A DNA stretch of 63,754 nt, filler included, from Octopus bimaculoides (lineage: Eukaryota): assembly GCF_001194135.2 (NCBI RefSeq). It is 11 parts of 9 records of this genome, joined end to end, with 100 filler letters (N's around TTAATTAATTAA, not from the genome) between each part and the next. Parts side by side here need not be neighbours in the genome. Positions count along the whole stretch, not along the records: positions 12,096 to 28,002 come from NC_068988.1; 10 more parts are not named here. One strand, 5' to 3'. Positions 12,326 through 23,958 of this stretch are shown here, piece by piece (positions within the stretch are counted from its first letter, which is position 1; every line of letters begins with the position of its first letter). Made by a program: the position numbers and the translations under genes. The notes below the pieces were generated by a model. It searched no databases. It was not told the DNA's origin and saw only the letters and a list, made by a program, of their open reading frames with translations.

Positions 12326-13118
12326 TTAAGTGAAACACAGTTTAAAATTTTAATCCCAACACATTTCCATAATCTCAGAGAGTTAGATGTATGTCATATC
12401 ACAAATGCATTCATATGTGCTTGCATTGAAAAACCTGACCCAATAATGAATAATTCATTACATTACATTACATTCACAGTTCCAGAAATTGTTGCCTTTG
12501 TTTTTTTTTCAAAGAAGTATGATAGACGTAATCTTTCTGGAATGTTGGAAAAAGTATGCATAATGTACATTGGCTGAGATCAAATTCCGCCGAGGTCGAC
12601 TTTACAATTCATCCTTTCGGGGTGAATAAATTAAGTACTAGTTGCGTACTAGGGTCGATCTAATGGACTTGGCCCTCTCCCTAAAAAATTCGGGACTGGT
12701 GCTTAGAGTAGAAAAGAATATTGTACATTGGCAGACAGTAAAATTATGATGCCATATCATATTTCTATATAGTTTTGAATTTGCTTATCTATAAGTCCTT
12801 TTTCTCTCCTTAGAATATCGAAAAAAATTAACGTTAAATGTGTAGTTATATATCATCATGTAATATAAACTCATACAATATACAAATGTTTTATAGTCAT
12901 CCCGGTATTTTGAATTTTGTAGAAAAATAAAAAACCTCCTGCCTTCATTTAAAAAGGAATATGCAGGACGCACTGAATAAATTGTTGTCTAAATTACGCA
13001 AAAATGAAAATAATATCAACATCTCATTTTCAGAAATGTATTTACCAAAATTACGTGACATCTATCATGAAATACTAAAGAGTGTATTCATTCAATAAAA
13101 TCGCCATTATTTACATTT
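12326..13118 (+). pseudogene. Exon-like relics of an unidentified multi-exon gene (12326-12388, 12480-12553, 12814-12859, disrupted ~12923-13118)
   Basis: AG/GT-bounded segments join in phase 0/0, 0/2, 2/0: LSETQFKILIPTHFHNLRELD|FQKLLPLFFFQRSMIDVIFLECWK|KISKKINVKCVVIYHH. A further frame follows: HLKRNMQDALNKLLSKLRKNENNINISFSEMYLPKLRDIYHEILKSVFIQ*. A family-B SINE lies in the inferred intron. Confidence 0.35.
12575..12720 (+). mobile_element. Family-B SINE fragment (Meta-domain-like core)
   Basis: caaattccgccgaggtcgacttt..ttcatcctttcggggt..ataaattaagtac core, repeated at 32.9, 37.9-38.5, 40.0-40.4 and 54.2 kb. Confidence 0.85.
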
Positions 13119-13248
13119 GAGGGATATTGGTCCTCATCTTGGTCGTTGTTAACACAACGTTTGGGTTGATGCACCCTCCAGACTCCATAAAGTGTCTTGG
13201 GGAAATTTCGAACCTGAGTTGTCATTCCTGAGGTATTTTTCGATGTTG

Positions 13249-13295
<47 letters not shown>

Positions 13296-13380
13296 ATTCA
13301 GGTCACTTCCTGGAATCGAACTCGGAAACTTGGGTTTAGTAGCCCGCATACTTAACTTCTACGCCATATGCGCGTGGGTA
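13119..13380 (-). mobile_element. Complete tRNA-headed SINE-like element with (AAT)n and a decayed hammerhead-like tail
   Basis: Minus strand: TGGCGTAGAAG A-box, GAGTTCGATTCC B-box, (AAT)n, then gacac-tttatgga-gtctggagggtgcatcaacc-caaACGT-T-gtgtt. Homologous to 501-684. Confidence 0.8.
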
Positions 13381-13904
13381 CACATTTGAAATCAAGTGAG
13401 TGTCTTGTGAACTGCGCATAATACGACTATGCCTGCCCGAAGACAATTTTAAGCAATATATGATACTCTAAAATATTTTATAATGTGTAACTCACACTTT
13501 ATATTTATTTATGTCTAAATTTTCAGTCATCAGGTTGCCAACATCTTGTTCATCGTCAGAGGTGATATCTTCGTCGTCATAGTTATTATCATCATCAGCT
13601 TCAACAACAGCAGCAACAACAACAATAATCGACAGCATCAACACCCCTATCATCATCAGCGACTGAAATAATGACAACAACACCAACCTCATTATCATCT
13701 CCATCATCTTCAAAAATATCGAGTTAAAATATCATTACTCTGATCAAAATCATCCCTAATCTTTATACTTTATTTAGGCTCTTTATCGTCTTTCTTTAGG
13801 TTTTTTCATCCAGTGTTACATGCACTTTACATGCTCGTAATCTCCATAAAAATCTTACTGTCTAATACATTTTGCTATGTAATATTTCGTGGATTTGCAA
13901 AATG

Positions 13905-14310
13905 TTTTCAGTATTTAAGGAAGCTGACAAATGCAAACAAGAAATCATACTATCTAATAAATATGAAGAAGAAGAAAAAACAACAAAAGCTATAAAACAA
14001 ATGAAATCCAAACTAAAACTAGAACAGCAACGGACCATGATAAAACGATGGCAAGAAAAGCCCCTTCATGACAAATACTGGGCTAAACTAAATGCAATAG
14101 AAATAGACAGAGAAAAAATCCAGCAATGGTTGAGGATCTCAGGACTCAAAGCAGAGACTAAAGTATTTTTAATTCAAGCACAAGACCAAAGCCTCCCCAC
14201 CAGAAATTACCAGAAACATATAATGAAAAGGAACATAACATGTAACTTCAGAATATGTGGAGAAGGACAAGAAACAATAAATCATATCTCTGTCAGCCCA
14301 GTCCTGGCTA
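13905..14310 (+). mobile_element. R4/Dong-clade non-LTR retrotransposon fragment (post-RT region with CCHC knuckle)
   Basis: ORF 13872-14333 contains MIKRWQEKPLHDKYW..QQWLRISGLKAETKVFLIQAQDQSLPTRNY..CNFRICGEGQETINHI. It is nearly identical to the copy at 17.5 kb. Confidence 0.88.
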
Positions 14311-16295
14311 CTTACCACACAGCCACTCTTTAATAACATACATTCAAAATTTCCTTCTCGACAGTCACACATTAAATGTTTTTTACACAGGAATCATCTC
14401 ACTTACACAGTACGTAATTTATTCGAAATTTACACACAAGCGCACACAGACGCATGCGTAGACACACGTATGCATTTGTATGCGTGCCTGAGTTTATAAA
14501 ACAAAATGTATGATAAATATATTTTCCGTATATATATATATATATATATCTATATATATTTNNNNNNNNNNNNNNNNNNNNNNNNNNNNNNNNNNNNNNN
14601 NNNNNNNNNNNNNNNNNNNNNNNNNNNNNNNNNNNNNNNNNNNNNNNNNNNNNNNNNNNNNNNAATGTGCTAACAAATTTCTTGTTATTTTTCCAGTTTC
14701 ACAGTATTTTAAAAACAAACTGTTTAATAGTATCTATGGTAATATTTTTTTCTCAGTTTCAAAATGCCAAATTACTTGAAAATATAAAATTACTGTAAAA
14801 TGTCTAAAATACGTGATTCCACAAAATATTGTGTGACAACAGGTATAAACTGGATGGTATTTTCTGTTCCTCATGCCATTTTATAAAATAGTGTTTTATC
14901 TCAAAATATACATGGCATTTAATATTTCGTTGAAAAAATACTGAAAAAATAAGACGAAAGTAATGGCTTAAAAAGGCAAAATAATCGAATACGAAATGTA
15001 GTAAAATATGTGTTAACACAGCTTTGAATTACAATAGGATAGAGCAGCGAATGAAAATATGTACAGTGGAAGTTGTTAAAAACAAAAAAAAAAAAGCAAG
15101 AGAAAAGAGAAAATGCCTTATATAAAGGAGAAGATGAAATTAAGAAACGTAAAAAAAAATTAAACAAAAACGATGCCTAATTTCATACATCTGTTGCCAC
15201 CGCGAGCAAGGGGTAAAAATTAAAATTTAATTCTTGCAAATACATTTGCAATACGTTATTAACTTTCTGAACGGTAGTGTTTCATTCGGAAGTATGTATA
15301 TATGAGTATATATATGTTATATCATTTGACACATACAGAAATATATTTCGATAGTTGTAGATTGGATTTACTTAATTATCTTTTCCATTATGATTTTGTT
15401 GTTTTTTAATTGTAATTGTTATTTAGTTGACAAGTTAATGTTCACGCACCTAAACATAGGAATTTAAATTATTGTTTTTTACAATCCACCCGTCCTTTCA
15501 CACAGAATTTCGTCTGTCTTTTCAACTAAAGTTCAGAAGAGATTTATATAAATGGATTTGAATTGTTTATAAATCGAATAATGTATATTAGTCGAAACAA
15601 ATTGAGGGCTTTTTGTTTTTTTATAATTTTCATGTTACCTTTTGTTATGGTGTATTCATGGTATATTATGTTATATTACAGTATAAATAAACAGTGTAGG
15701 AGTGTTCGCATCGCGGTTTTCATCTCCTTCTGTATATTATGCAACCATGGCTGGTAACACTACCGTGTGTGCGATGTTTACCCTGAACCAGAAATGAGCC
15801 ATTTATTTAATACTTACACTTTCCTGTATTCAGGAATTATTCATTGCAACCTGAACGAATGTCCTGCAGAAAATACAAGAAAGAAAGTCTACATTTTAAA
15901 TTTCAGTTACCCAAAGTTCAGGTTTTATGAAGAGTTAATTCTACCATAAAAGAACAGGAATGGTCAACATCTTCATTAGATTCCACAACTTCTGTACACC
16001 AAATAATCTCTCCGTGGTTTGGAACAAAATGAACATATGTCACGTGATAATGATTAAAACTTTTACGTTGTAAATAGAGGTGAATCTTCTTGGATTCTAA
16101 GAGATGTCTTAATATGAGAAACATCAGATAATTTTGTGCCATGTTCGTTGATTATCTGTTATTCCATTATTCATCAAGTCTATAACAATGTCTGTATGCA
16201 TTGCGAATTATTTCAATATAATATATGGTAATATGAATATTTATTGTGCAATGTCTTTTTTGGGATATGAACGATAATTTCTTACTTTTCTGAAG

Positions 16296-17350
16296 GTCCA
16301 TTTCCAAAACATTAAATGAGAAAAAATTATCATATTATGGGAATTCCTTCTAAAGTTCTATCTTCAGCAAAAGAATGACACTCTAGCCGTGTAAATGCTA
16401 TAGATTAACTTGAGATGACAAGAAAACGTAGCTAGTAGACTAATATTCTAGATTTTTAAAAAGCTATGTTTGACACATAATTATTATTGGCATCTTACAC
16501 TAGAAATTGTTTTTTTATTTTTTTCTATTCTTTAAAATTAAGTGAGATTCAGATTTCAAAAATTTGAACCGAAAGTTGGAAATGTATAGATATGAAGCTA
16601 AAAGAAAAATAATGGAATTTCCAGCTAAATGATTTCCAACAATAGCTTGAAGACAGTGAAGAAACTCAAACAGTCAGAAAAGAATTTAAAGAAAACCAGA
16701 ACAGTTAGATGGAATATATTTACGTTGTGTTTTACATAATTCTATGGCTGAACGTTCTTTACAGCAAAAGACTTACGATAAAACACGTCACTTTACACTA
16801 CTTAGTTTGTTCTAAAATACATCAAATCTGTTTCAGAAAATGAAGAAAATTGTATGCAACAATGTATCGATAAATGTATGAAAGTAATAAAAGTTTCCAT
16901 CAATGAATTATAATGTTTGACTCTGAATGGGTCATGGTTATTCAATCGTTTCCAACAATTTTAGGCTCCAAAACAGAATGAAGAATACAAAGCTTGTCTG
17001 AATTTGAACTACATTCAAAAGTGTGATGTGCTGCATGCTTATACTAGATATTATGAAGGTAATTTTCGGATTTTCGTCATCCGTAGCAGAGATTCGTAAA
17101 GTGCATAGTTTGTGAGAGCGTTGGATAGAAATTTTATAATTATTAGGGTTCTCTTTGCGTTGATTTCAAATACTACCAAGATATTCAAACCAAGACAGTA
17201 GTAAAGTTAGCAATAGCCTACATATCTCATGAAACTAACAAACTATTTGTTCAAACTTTGCCTGCTCCAGCAAACACAATCACTACTTCATCTGCATCTA
17301 CACTATACCAGGACAACTTCGATCTAAAACCAGCGATTACCACTAAATAG
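16296..17350 (+). pseudogene. Spliced exon chain of an unidentified gene, probably pseudogenised (16646-16703, 16837-16883, 16965-17058, terminal 17147- or 17271-17350)
   Basis: Introns of 133 and 81 bp with AG/GT ends join in frame: LEDSEETQTVRKEFKENQNK|NEENCMQQCIDKCMK|APKQNEEYKACLNLNYIQKCDVLHAYTRYYE. Downstream open frame: GSLCVDFKYYQDIQTKTVVKLAIAY..LKPAITTK*. The upstream part carries a TAG and a frameshift. Confidence 0.55.
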
Positions 17351-17388
17351 AACTTCTTTATTAGCATTATTTCGAGACCCCTAGGCAA

Positions 17389-17440
<52 letters not shown>

Positions 17441-17467
17441 GTAATAATAATAATAATAATAATAATA

Positions 17468-18175
17468 TAGAACAGCAACGGACCATGATAAAACGATGGC
17501 AAGAAAAGCCCCTACATGGTAAATACTGGGCTAAATTAAATGCGAAAGAAATAGACAGAGAAAAATCCCAGCAATGGCTGAGAAGCTCAGGACTCAAAGC
17601 ANNNNNNNNNNNNNNNNNNNNNNNNNNNNNNNNNNNNNNNNNNNNNNNNNNNNNNNNNNNNNNNNNNNNNNNNNNNNNNNNNNNNNNNNNNNNNNNNNNN
17701 NNNNNNNNNNNNNNNNNNNNNNNNNNNNNNNNNNNNNNNNNNNNNNNNNNNNNNNNNNNNNNNNNNNNNNNNNNNNNNNNNNNNNNNNNNNNNNNNNNNN
17801 NNNNNNNNNNNNNNNNNNNNNNNNNNNNNNNNNNNNNNNNNNNNNNNNNNNNNNNNAAAGACCTGGAAATAGAGATAACTCGAATGTGGAATCTAAAAAC
17901 AGAAACAATTCCTATCATAGTAGGTGCCTTAGGTATAATAAAAAAATATTCAGACAAATACATAACAAAAACACCAGGACTTACAAATATATATAACATA
18001 CAGAAAATTGCACTACTGGGTACTGCACACATTCTACGCAAAACACTTTCAATACAGTAAACATAAGAGCACCACAGCAAACCACAGCACATACCCAAGG
18101 CGCACAGAGCTGCGCTCGGTAGTAAAGTGAAAGCACGTTATAAAAATAAAACTACTGAATAATAATAATAATAAT
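17468..18175 (+). mobile_element. 5'-truncated R4/Dong-clade LINE inserted in (TAA)n, with intact 3' end
   Basis: ORF 17485-18060: MIKRWQEKPLHGKYW...KDLEIEITRMWNLKTETIPIIVGALG..IQKIALLGTAHILRKTL (RLE-type C-terminus). (AAT)n is present on both sides. Confidence 0.92.
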
Positions 18176-18180
18176 AATAT

Positions 18181-20650
18181 TTTAAAAAGGATTGACGTAA
18201 CTCTTCACGAAGGTAAATAGTCAGGACGAAGAGCGCAATTCGATTGAATAGATATTTTATTCGTTCAACAATATTTAGACACTACGTCTTTCTTTGTCAT
18301 GTTCAAAGCAAAAGGTGATTAAAAATTCAAAATTTCAGAAATCTAAACGTAATCTATGAACGAGAGTAACCAGCGTCCATACGTTGATGGAATGACATCA
18401 TCAGTTTTTAAGTTTTATAATAGGCAGAAAGAAAGAAAAAATTAGAAAAAGGAAGACGTCAAAAAAAAGGGAAACAAAAAGAGAGAAAGAAGACTATTCA
18501 GTCAAACAGTTTTGTATAAATTTGATGATATTTTCCTGTCATCTTATTCATTCCTCCAGGGCGTGATTTTAATAACCCGCAAAAATATTTTACCTCATAC
18601 ATTCTGAGAAGTGAAAGTGGGGGTAGATTCAGAATATTTTTTGAGAATATGCATTTTCAAGTCTTCTTCAAAATTGCAGCGACTTGAAACGAAATGTTCA
18701 GCAAGTTCAGTTGAACTACAGTTCTTGTGCCTGACGTCGAATCTGTGCCCATTAAACCTTTTATTTAATTGTTCTGTTGTACAACCAACATAAATCAAGT
18801 TGTGTTTCGTGCATTCTGCAGCGTACACTAAATGGGAATCTTTACATATTCCTCCTTCTGTATACATCATAACATTTCTGTTATGATTTCTGATGGAATT
18901 CACTTCACTCATGTTGTTGCACAATGAACAGGGCTTACCTCTCTTGTGGCTGTTTTTTAAGGTACAGCGTGCAGATACTCCAATGTTCGTTTTCTTGGAG
19001 TTAGATATAGAGGTCAATAATTCTTTTATGTTCTTATTCCGTCGAAAGGCTACAATGGGCGGCTGAGGAAATATCTGTTTGAAACTGGGATATTTTTTCG
19101 CCACATGCTGGTAACTTTCATGCAACACTTTTGAAATGTCAGCGACACGTAGGTGCCAGCTAATCACCAAAGGAATTCTGTCATCTATTGTATTTTGTTT
19201 GCTAAAAGTATGCGTGTAGTTTTGACTATCTTTGCTAATCTTAGCTATTTCATTTGCTATTTCCTTTATAGGTGATTCACTGTAACCTCGTTTGACATAA
19301 TGACATACAGAAGCATTTGCATGTTTCCAGTAATCCCCTATGTCAGTACCAATCCGTTTTATCCTCAAAAATTGGGATTTCGGATTTGACCGAATAAGAT
19401 GATGTGGATGAGCGGAGCGGCGGTGGAGATAAATGTGGGATGACGTGGGCTTGCAAAATAACTGCCACTACTCTGGCTCCAGAAAACATCGCTTTTGTGT
19501 CCAAAAATTCAACGCTAGTTTTTGAAAAACTAGACGTAAATTTTATATTGGACTTAAATCCATAGTTTCGAGCATAACAATCACAGAAATGCAAGAAGTC
19601 CATTAAACTATCCTGTGATCCTTCCCAGACAAAAAAAATTCGTCGTCAATGACCCGTAACCAGAGTATTGGTTCATGACCATGAAGGGATTTGAATGTCT
19701 TCAGTAACTGTGTCTCGAATTTCGTCATAAAGACATTATCGCAATTAACTGCCATGGGGGTACCCATGGTGCAACACTTCGTTTGGTGGTAAAATCTTTG
19801 TCTGAACTTCATCGTGTTACTTTCTAACATAAACCTCAATAATCTACAGAGTAAATTTGATGGAATACTTTTATTTGACCACTTTTCAAAGGCATCCATG
19901 CATGCTTCTACCCCTTCATTGTGGTCAATATTGAGATATAAGGAAGAAACCTCCATGGTTAACAAAACACAATTCTCAATACGGTCTCGGCGCTTAAAAA
20001 TGTTGTTGATTTTAGATAGAAAATCAAAGGTATCCCGAATATAGGAACTTGATCGTTTTGCGACGGGGAGTAGAAAGCCATCCAGCCATTCCCAAATTTT
20101 GGCCGTACAGCATTCATATCCGCTGCAAATTGGGCGTATTAGAGGAAATCTTTCGAACTATTTGTGTATTGTAGGGAGACGATTAAATACAGTTGTTCTT
20201 CTTTCTAACCTTAAAATCCTAGATTCAGCCTTATTACTGAAATTGTTTTCCTCCATTTCCAGAATTATTTTGTCAAGTTCCTCTCTGTAATTGGGGTTTG
20301 GATCGACAGCTAATTCTTCATATGAAGTTTTGTCATTTAAAACTTCGTAAAATATGAAGCATGTAGATCGATGCCAACATTTAAACGTAATTTATTGTAC
20401 ACAAAAGACTATCATTACACGACGCAGGTTGCAAAATCATCGGGAATTCAGATACTTAAAGAAATATATTCAACAGCAAGACCTTCTACATTTTGTGGTT
20501 TATGTACTCCTCATGAAGCAATGTCTTTGATCGGATCTATTAGACATTAGCTGCGCGGAGCTCTGAATTATAGTCTTCTGTATTAGAGTACCAGGTTCTC
20601 TGTTAATCGGGTACCATTGGTGGAAAGCCATACGATTCTACGAATTTGCA
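18181..20650 (-). mobile_element. Near-complete, disrupted Penelope-like element (RT, Cys-rich linker, GIY-YIG; Neptune-like)
   Basis: RT: LNDKTSYEELAVDP..LPTIHK..LIRPICSG..CTAKIWEWLDGFL..SYIRDTFDFL..LTMEVSSLYLNID..GTPMA..WLRVIDD..VEFLD. Linker: RCTLKNSHKRGKPCSLC. Endonuclease: LVYAAECTKHNLIYVGCTTEQLNKRFNGHR. Boundaries are approximate. Confidence 0.92.
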
Positions 20651-21115
20651 CATTCCGAAGCCTATGTGTGAATGTATGTATTTATGTATGTATGCATACA
20701 TAAATACAGTATACACACTAACATGCATACGTGTATGTGCGTGTGTGTCAAATAGAGGGGGATGGAGGGGGAATGTGCGTATGTGTGTATGTGCGTATGC
20801 GTGCCTTTGTGTGTCTCTCTGTGCGTCCTTGTGTGTATAGGACTGCTATCCACTCACCAAGAATTTGTTTCGCTCGAGGCCATCGTGGATGGGGCTAAAG
20901 TTGCCCATAGTGAAACACAATGTGACTGAACCCGCAATCATGTACCTCGGAATCAAGCACATGCACACTATAACTATACATACAGTTGTACGTATTTTTA
21001 CAGAAACATGTATCTTTATGTATGTATATATATATATATATATATATNNNNNNNNNNNNNNNNNNNNNNNNNNNNNNNNNNNNNNNNNNNNNNNNNNNNN
21101 TATATATATGTGTGT

Positions 21116-21165
<50 letters not shown>

Positions 21166-21399
21166 ATGCATACATTTATGTTTGTTAGTATGTATATATA
21201 CACATGCACATACACAAACGCTCACACATACATACACAAAGCATCATGTATATATACAAAACGTCATATATATTGTGAGAGAATGACGGTGGTTATGTAT
21301 AAAATTCTGCCTTTTGGATATGTATATGAGAAAAATTATTCGAATATTTTGTTTTTATTTTAAATCATGTGTTTTGTAACGTGTTTTTCTTCTAATATA

Positions 21400-21827
21400 T
21401 AAACATATTATGTCCCATGAACACTTGAAAATTTATTGCTTGAAAATATTACGAAAGCTATATGGAAACTAGATATTAATTGGTTGAAGCTCTGTAAGTT
21501 ATAACTTCTCGAGGATCATAGGGAAGCATATATTACAAGACTATGAGAGCTCTTCTTTGAAAAAAAAAATAGTTACATCACTTCTAGTCAATGAAAAGGA
21601 AACAAAGCGGTAAATTTATATCCCATTCACAAGAATAAATATTTCTGTAAAATGTATATTTTCGGATATAATTTTGCTTTATTTTCAAAACTCTTGTGGA
21701 AATTAGATCTAAATTACCCAGGATTAAATCTGTGATGATACGAAACTATTTTATGCAAAATGTAAATTTAAGATTGTGAGGCCTTATAGAAACAAACATT
21801 GATATTTGCAGTGTTATTTTACATTAG
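21400..21827 (+). pseudogene. Decayed exon-like frames, tandem unit 1
   Basis: TLENLLLENITKAIWKLDINWLKLCKL*LLEDHREAYITRL*ELFFEKK/IVTSLLVNEKETK|gtaaat, plus a second segment ending |gtaagg. Shares motifs with the 24 kb unit. Confidence 0.4.
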
Positions 21828-22084
21828 GTAAGGAAGCAAGTTTCCTAATTGTTTTAATTGTTTTGAAGCGTAGGACTGAATATCGAATGGATTAAATGGC
21901 TGTACCGTACCGTCATATATGTGTGTTGGGCGTGTGTGCGTGTGTGTATGTGTAGGTGCAGGGGTTGTTGTGTAATCAGAATGTTGCTTTTCAACCAGAT
22001 GGTTTCGGGTTCCGTCCCACTGCCTGGCGCCAACCAAGTCCTTGTGAGTAGATTTCGTTGACGGAATCTGATAGGAGTCTGTCG

Positions 22085-22284
22085 TATGTGATTTACGTCC
22101 CATGTGTAGATATTTATTAAAACACCGATTAAGCAAATATACGTAGATTTGCGACGAAAAGAGGACACCTAATTTGAAAACAGTAATTGCATAGTAAATA
22201 TATATCATAATTTTGCAAAGTATAAACAAGTTCAGTTTTAGAGAAAAAATAATATTTCATACGATTATTTTCTCAGACTTTGCT
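22085..22284 (+). repeat. Local segmental duplication; partner is 24492-24581 plus 24936-25053
   Basis: Alignable by eye: attaaaacaccgattaagcaaata..gtagatttgcg..gaggacacctaattt and aatttgaaaacag.aattg.atagtaaata..aaacaagtt..agagaaaa..tttcatacgat.atttt. Confidence 0.88.
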
Positions 22285-22325
22285 ATGTCTGCCGTATATA
22301 TACATACATACATACATACATACAT

Positions 22326-22358
<33 letters not shown>

Positions 22359-22569
22359 NNNNNNNNNNNNNNNNNNNNNNNNNNNNNNNNNNNNNNNNNN
22401 NNNNNNNNNNNNNNNNNNNNNNNNNNNNNNNNNNNNNNNNNNNNNNNNNNNNNNNNNNNNNNNNNNNNNNNNNNNNNNNNNNNNNNNNNNNNNNNNNNNN
22501 NNNNNNNNNNNNNNNNNNNNNNNNNNNNNNNNNNNNNNNNTATATATATATGTATATATATATATATAT

Positions 22570-23335
22570 GCTTCCTTCATTATGTCCCTGAGAAAGTCCT
22601 GATTTTGCGTTGCAGATAGGACGTTTTGTGACTTTCTCAACACATAGCAACCATGGGACTTCAATCATAGGGATTACAAGGCCAAATGAGACTGTTGAAG
22701 TTGTAGAAATTGTATGGCAAACATTTCTGATCCTTTCTAAAGGTATACTAATTTGTCGAATCTGTGCTCACTCACACATGGTCTATCATTATCAACCATC
22801 TCCATCCAGGATTTGAGCATAGTCTACAGCAGATTGACATAACCATCTGAATTGAGCGTAAAGCAATATCCAAAGGTGTGGGTTAGCATGACGTCACCCA
22901 CAGGAAATACCTGCAAAGATAATGACAGTGTGGGTGAACTTGGATTTAATGATGTGCATACTCAACGTGCAGCCTTTATATTGTTCACAGAGCATTGCGC
23001 AGAAGTCACGATATCGGTGTGTTGATAGCCAGTTCAAGTTAATGTGATATAGGTGTGAGGCATGGCAATATTCATTTCATTCGAATCACGAAGAGCCATT
23101 TCAAAGCATAAAGTGTATATCACTCTATGTCCATGCTTAGTACACCTAACATTCCAAATGGACGCAACTGATAATACCTGTGCATATCAGGTATAACTCT
23201 AGATTGAACTGCATATAACAAAGCCACCATATTTCCTCACAACGAGAATTTGAAGTTATAACATGCATAGATGTATTGCACTTACTTTGACATTTTGTTT
23301 CTTGTTGCTTAATTTATATTTGGACCTCTCCTTGC
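22570..23335 (-). mobile_element. Decayed Tc1/mariner (maT-like) transposase
   Basis: Minus-strand translation GDVMLTHTFGYCFTLNSDGYVNLL*TMLKSWMEMVDNDRPCV / DSTN*YTFRKDQKCLPYNFYNFNSLIWPCNPYD*SPM.. / VEKVTKRPICNAKSGL matches the GDVMPPH.F..GLRLNSDGY..QQDSAPCH..WPPNSPDCNPMDY pattern. Confidence 0.85.
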
Positions 23336-23958
23336 GTCCCACCTGACTAAGCCTCCTACAATAAAATATCACCTACACCCTACTCCAGCCAACCTAAGTC
23401 TAGCAGACTTCTATCTACCCTGGTCACTGATATTAGATATCATATTACACTTTCAAGAACTATATTCTTACCTCAAAGGCCAATTTTGTTGGTAATTCTC
23501 CCATTTCATAGTTGGTCTCGACAGACATCGGCCACCACCCTTCTGTATTCTTGGGATATTATTTTGTTTGTAAAATTACGTCTCATCTGATGATTATGTT
23601 TTTTTTTTTGTAATGGAATAATGTCCTCATTCTTTCATTTAAAATATAATTACGAAACAGCTGTAATGAGCTGACAATTATACATCGTATGCAGTTCATT
23701 TGAATTTATATATGAATATATATATGTTTGTGCGTGTGTGTGTCTGTGTGTGATTTACTCGAGATTCTGACAAATGTAATCCTGAGGCATTTTCTTCGCC
23801 TTAGTTTATGGTAGGATTCGCCTATGTAATATTATGTGCAGTTGGACTGTTCCCTAAATCTCGTAAGCAAGCGGTTGGGTAACGAAAATATTATAACAGT
23901 TCTTATGCCGTCTTATTTACATCTCGCTTTTCGCTGTTTAAGTTTTGCATTCGTACAG

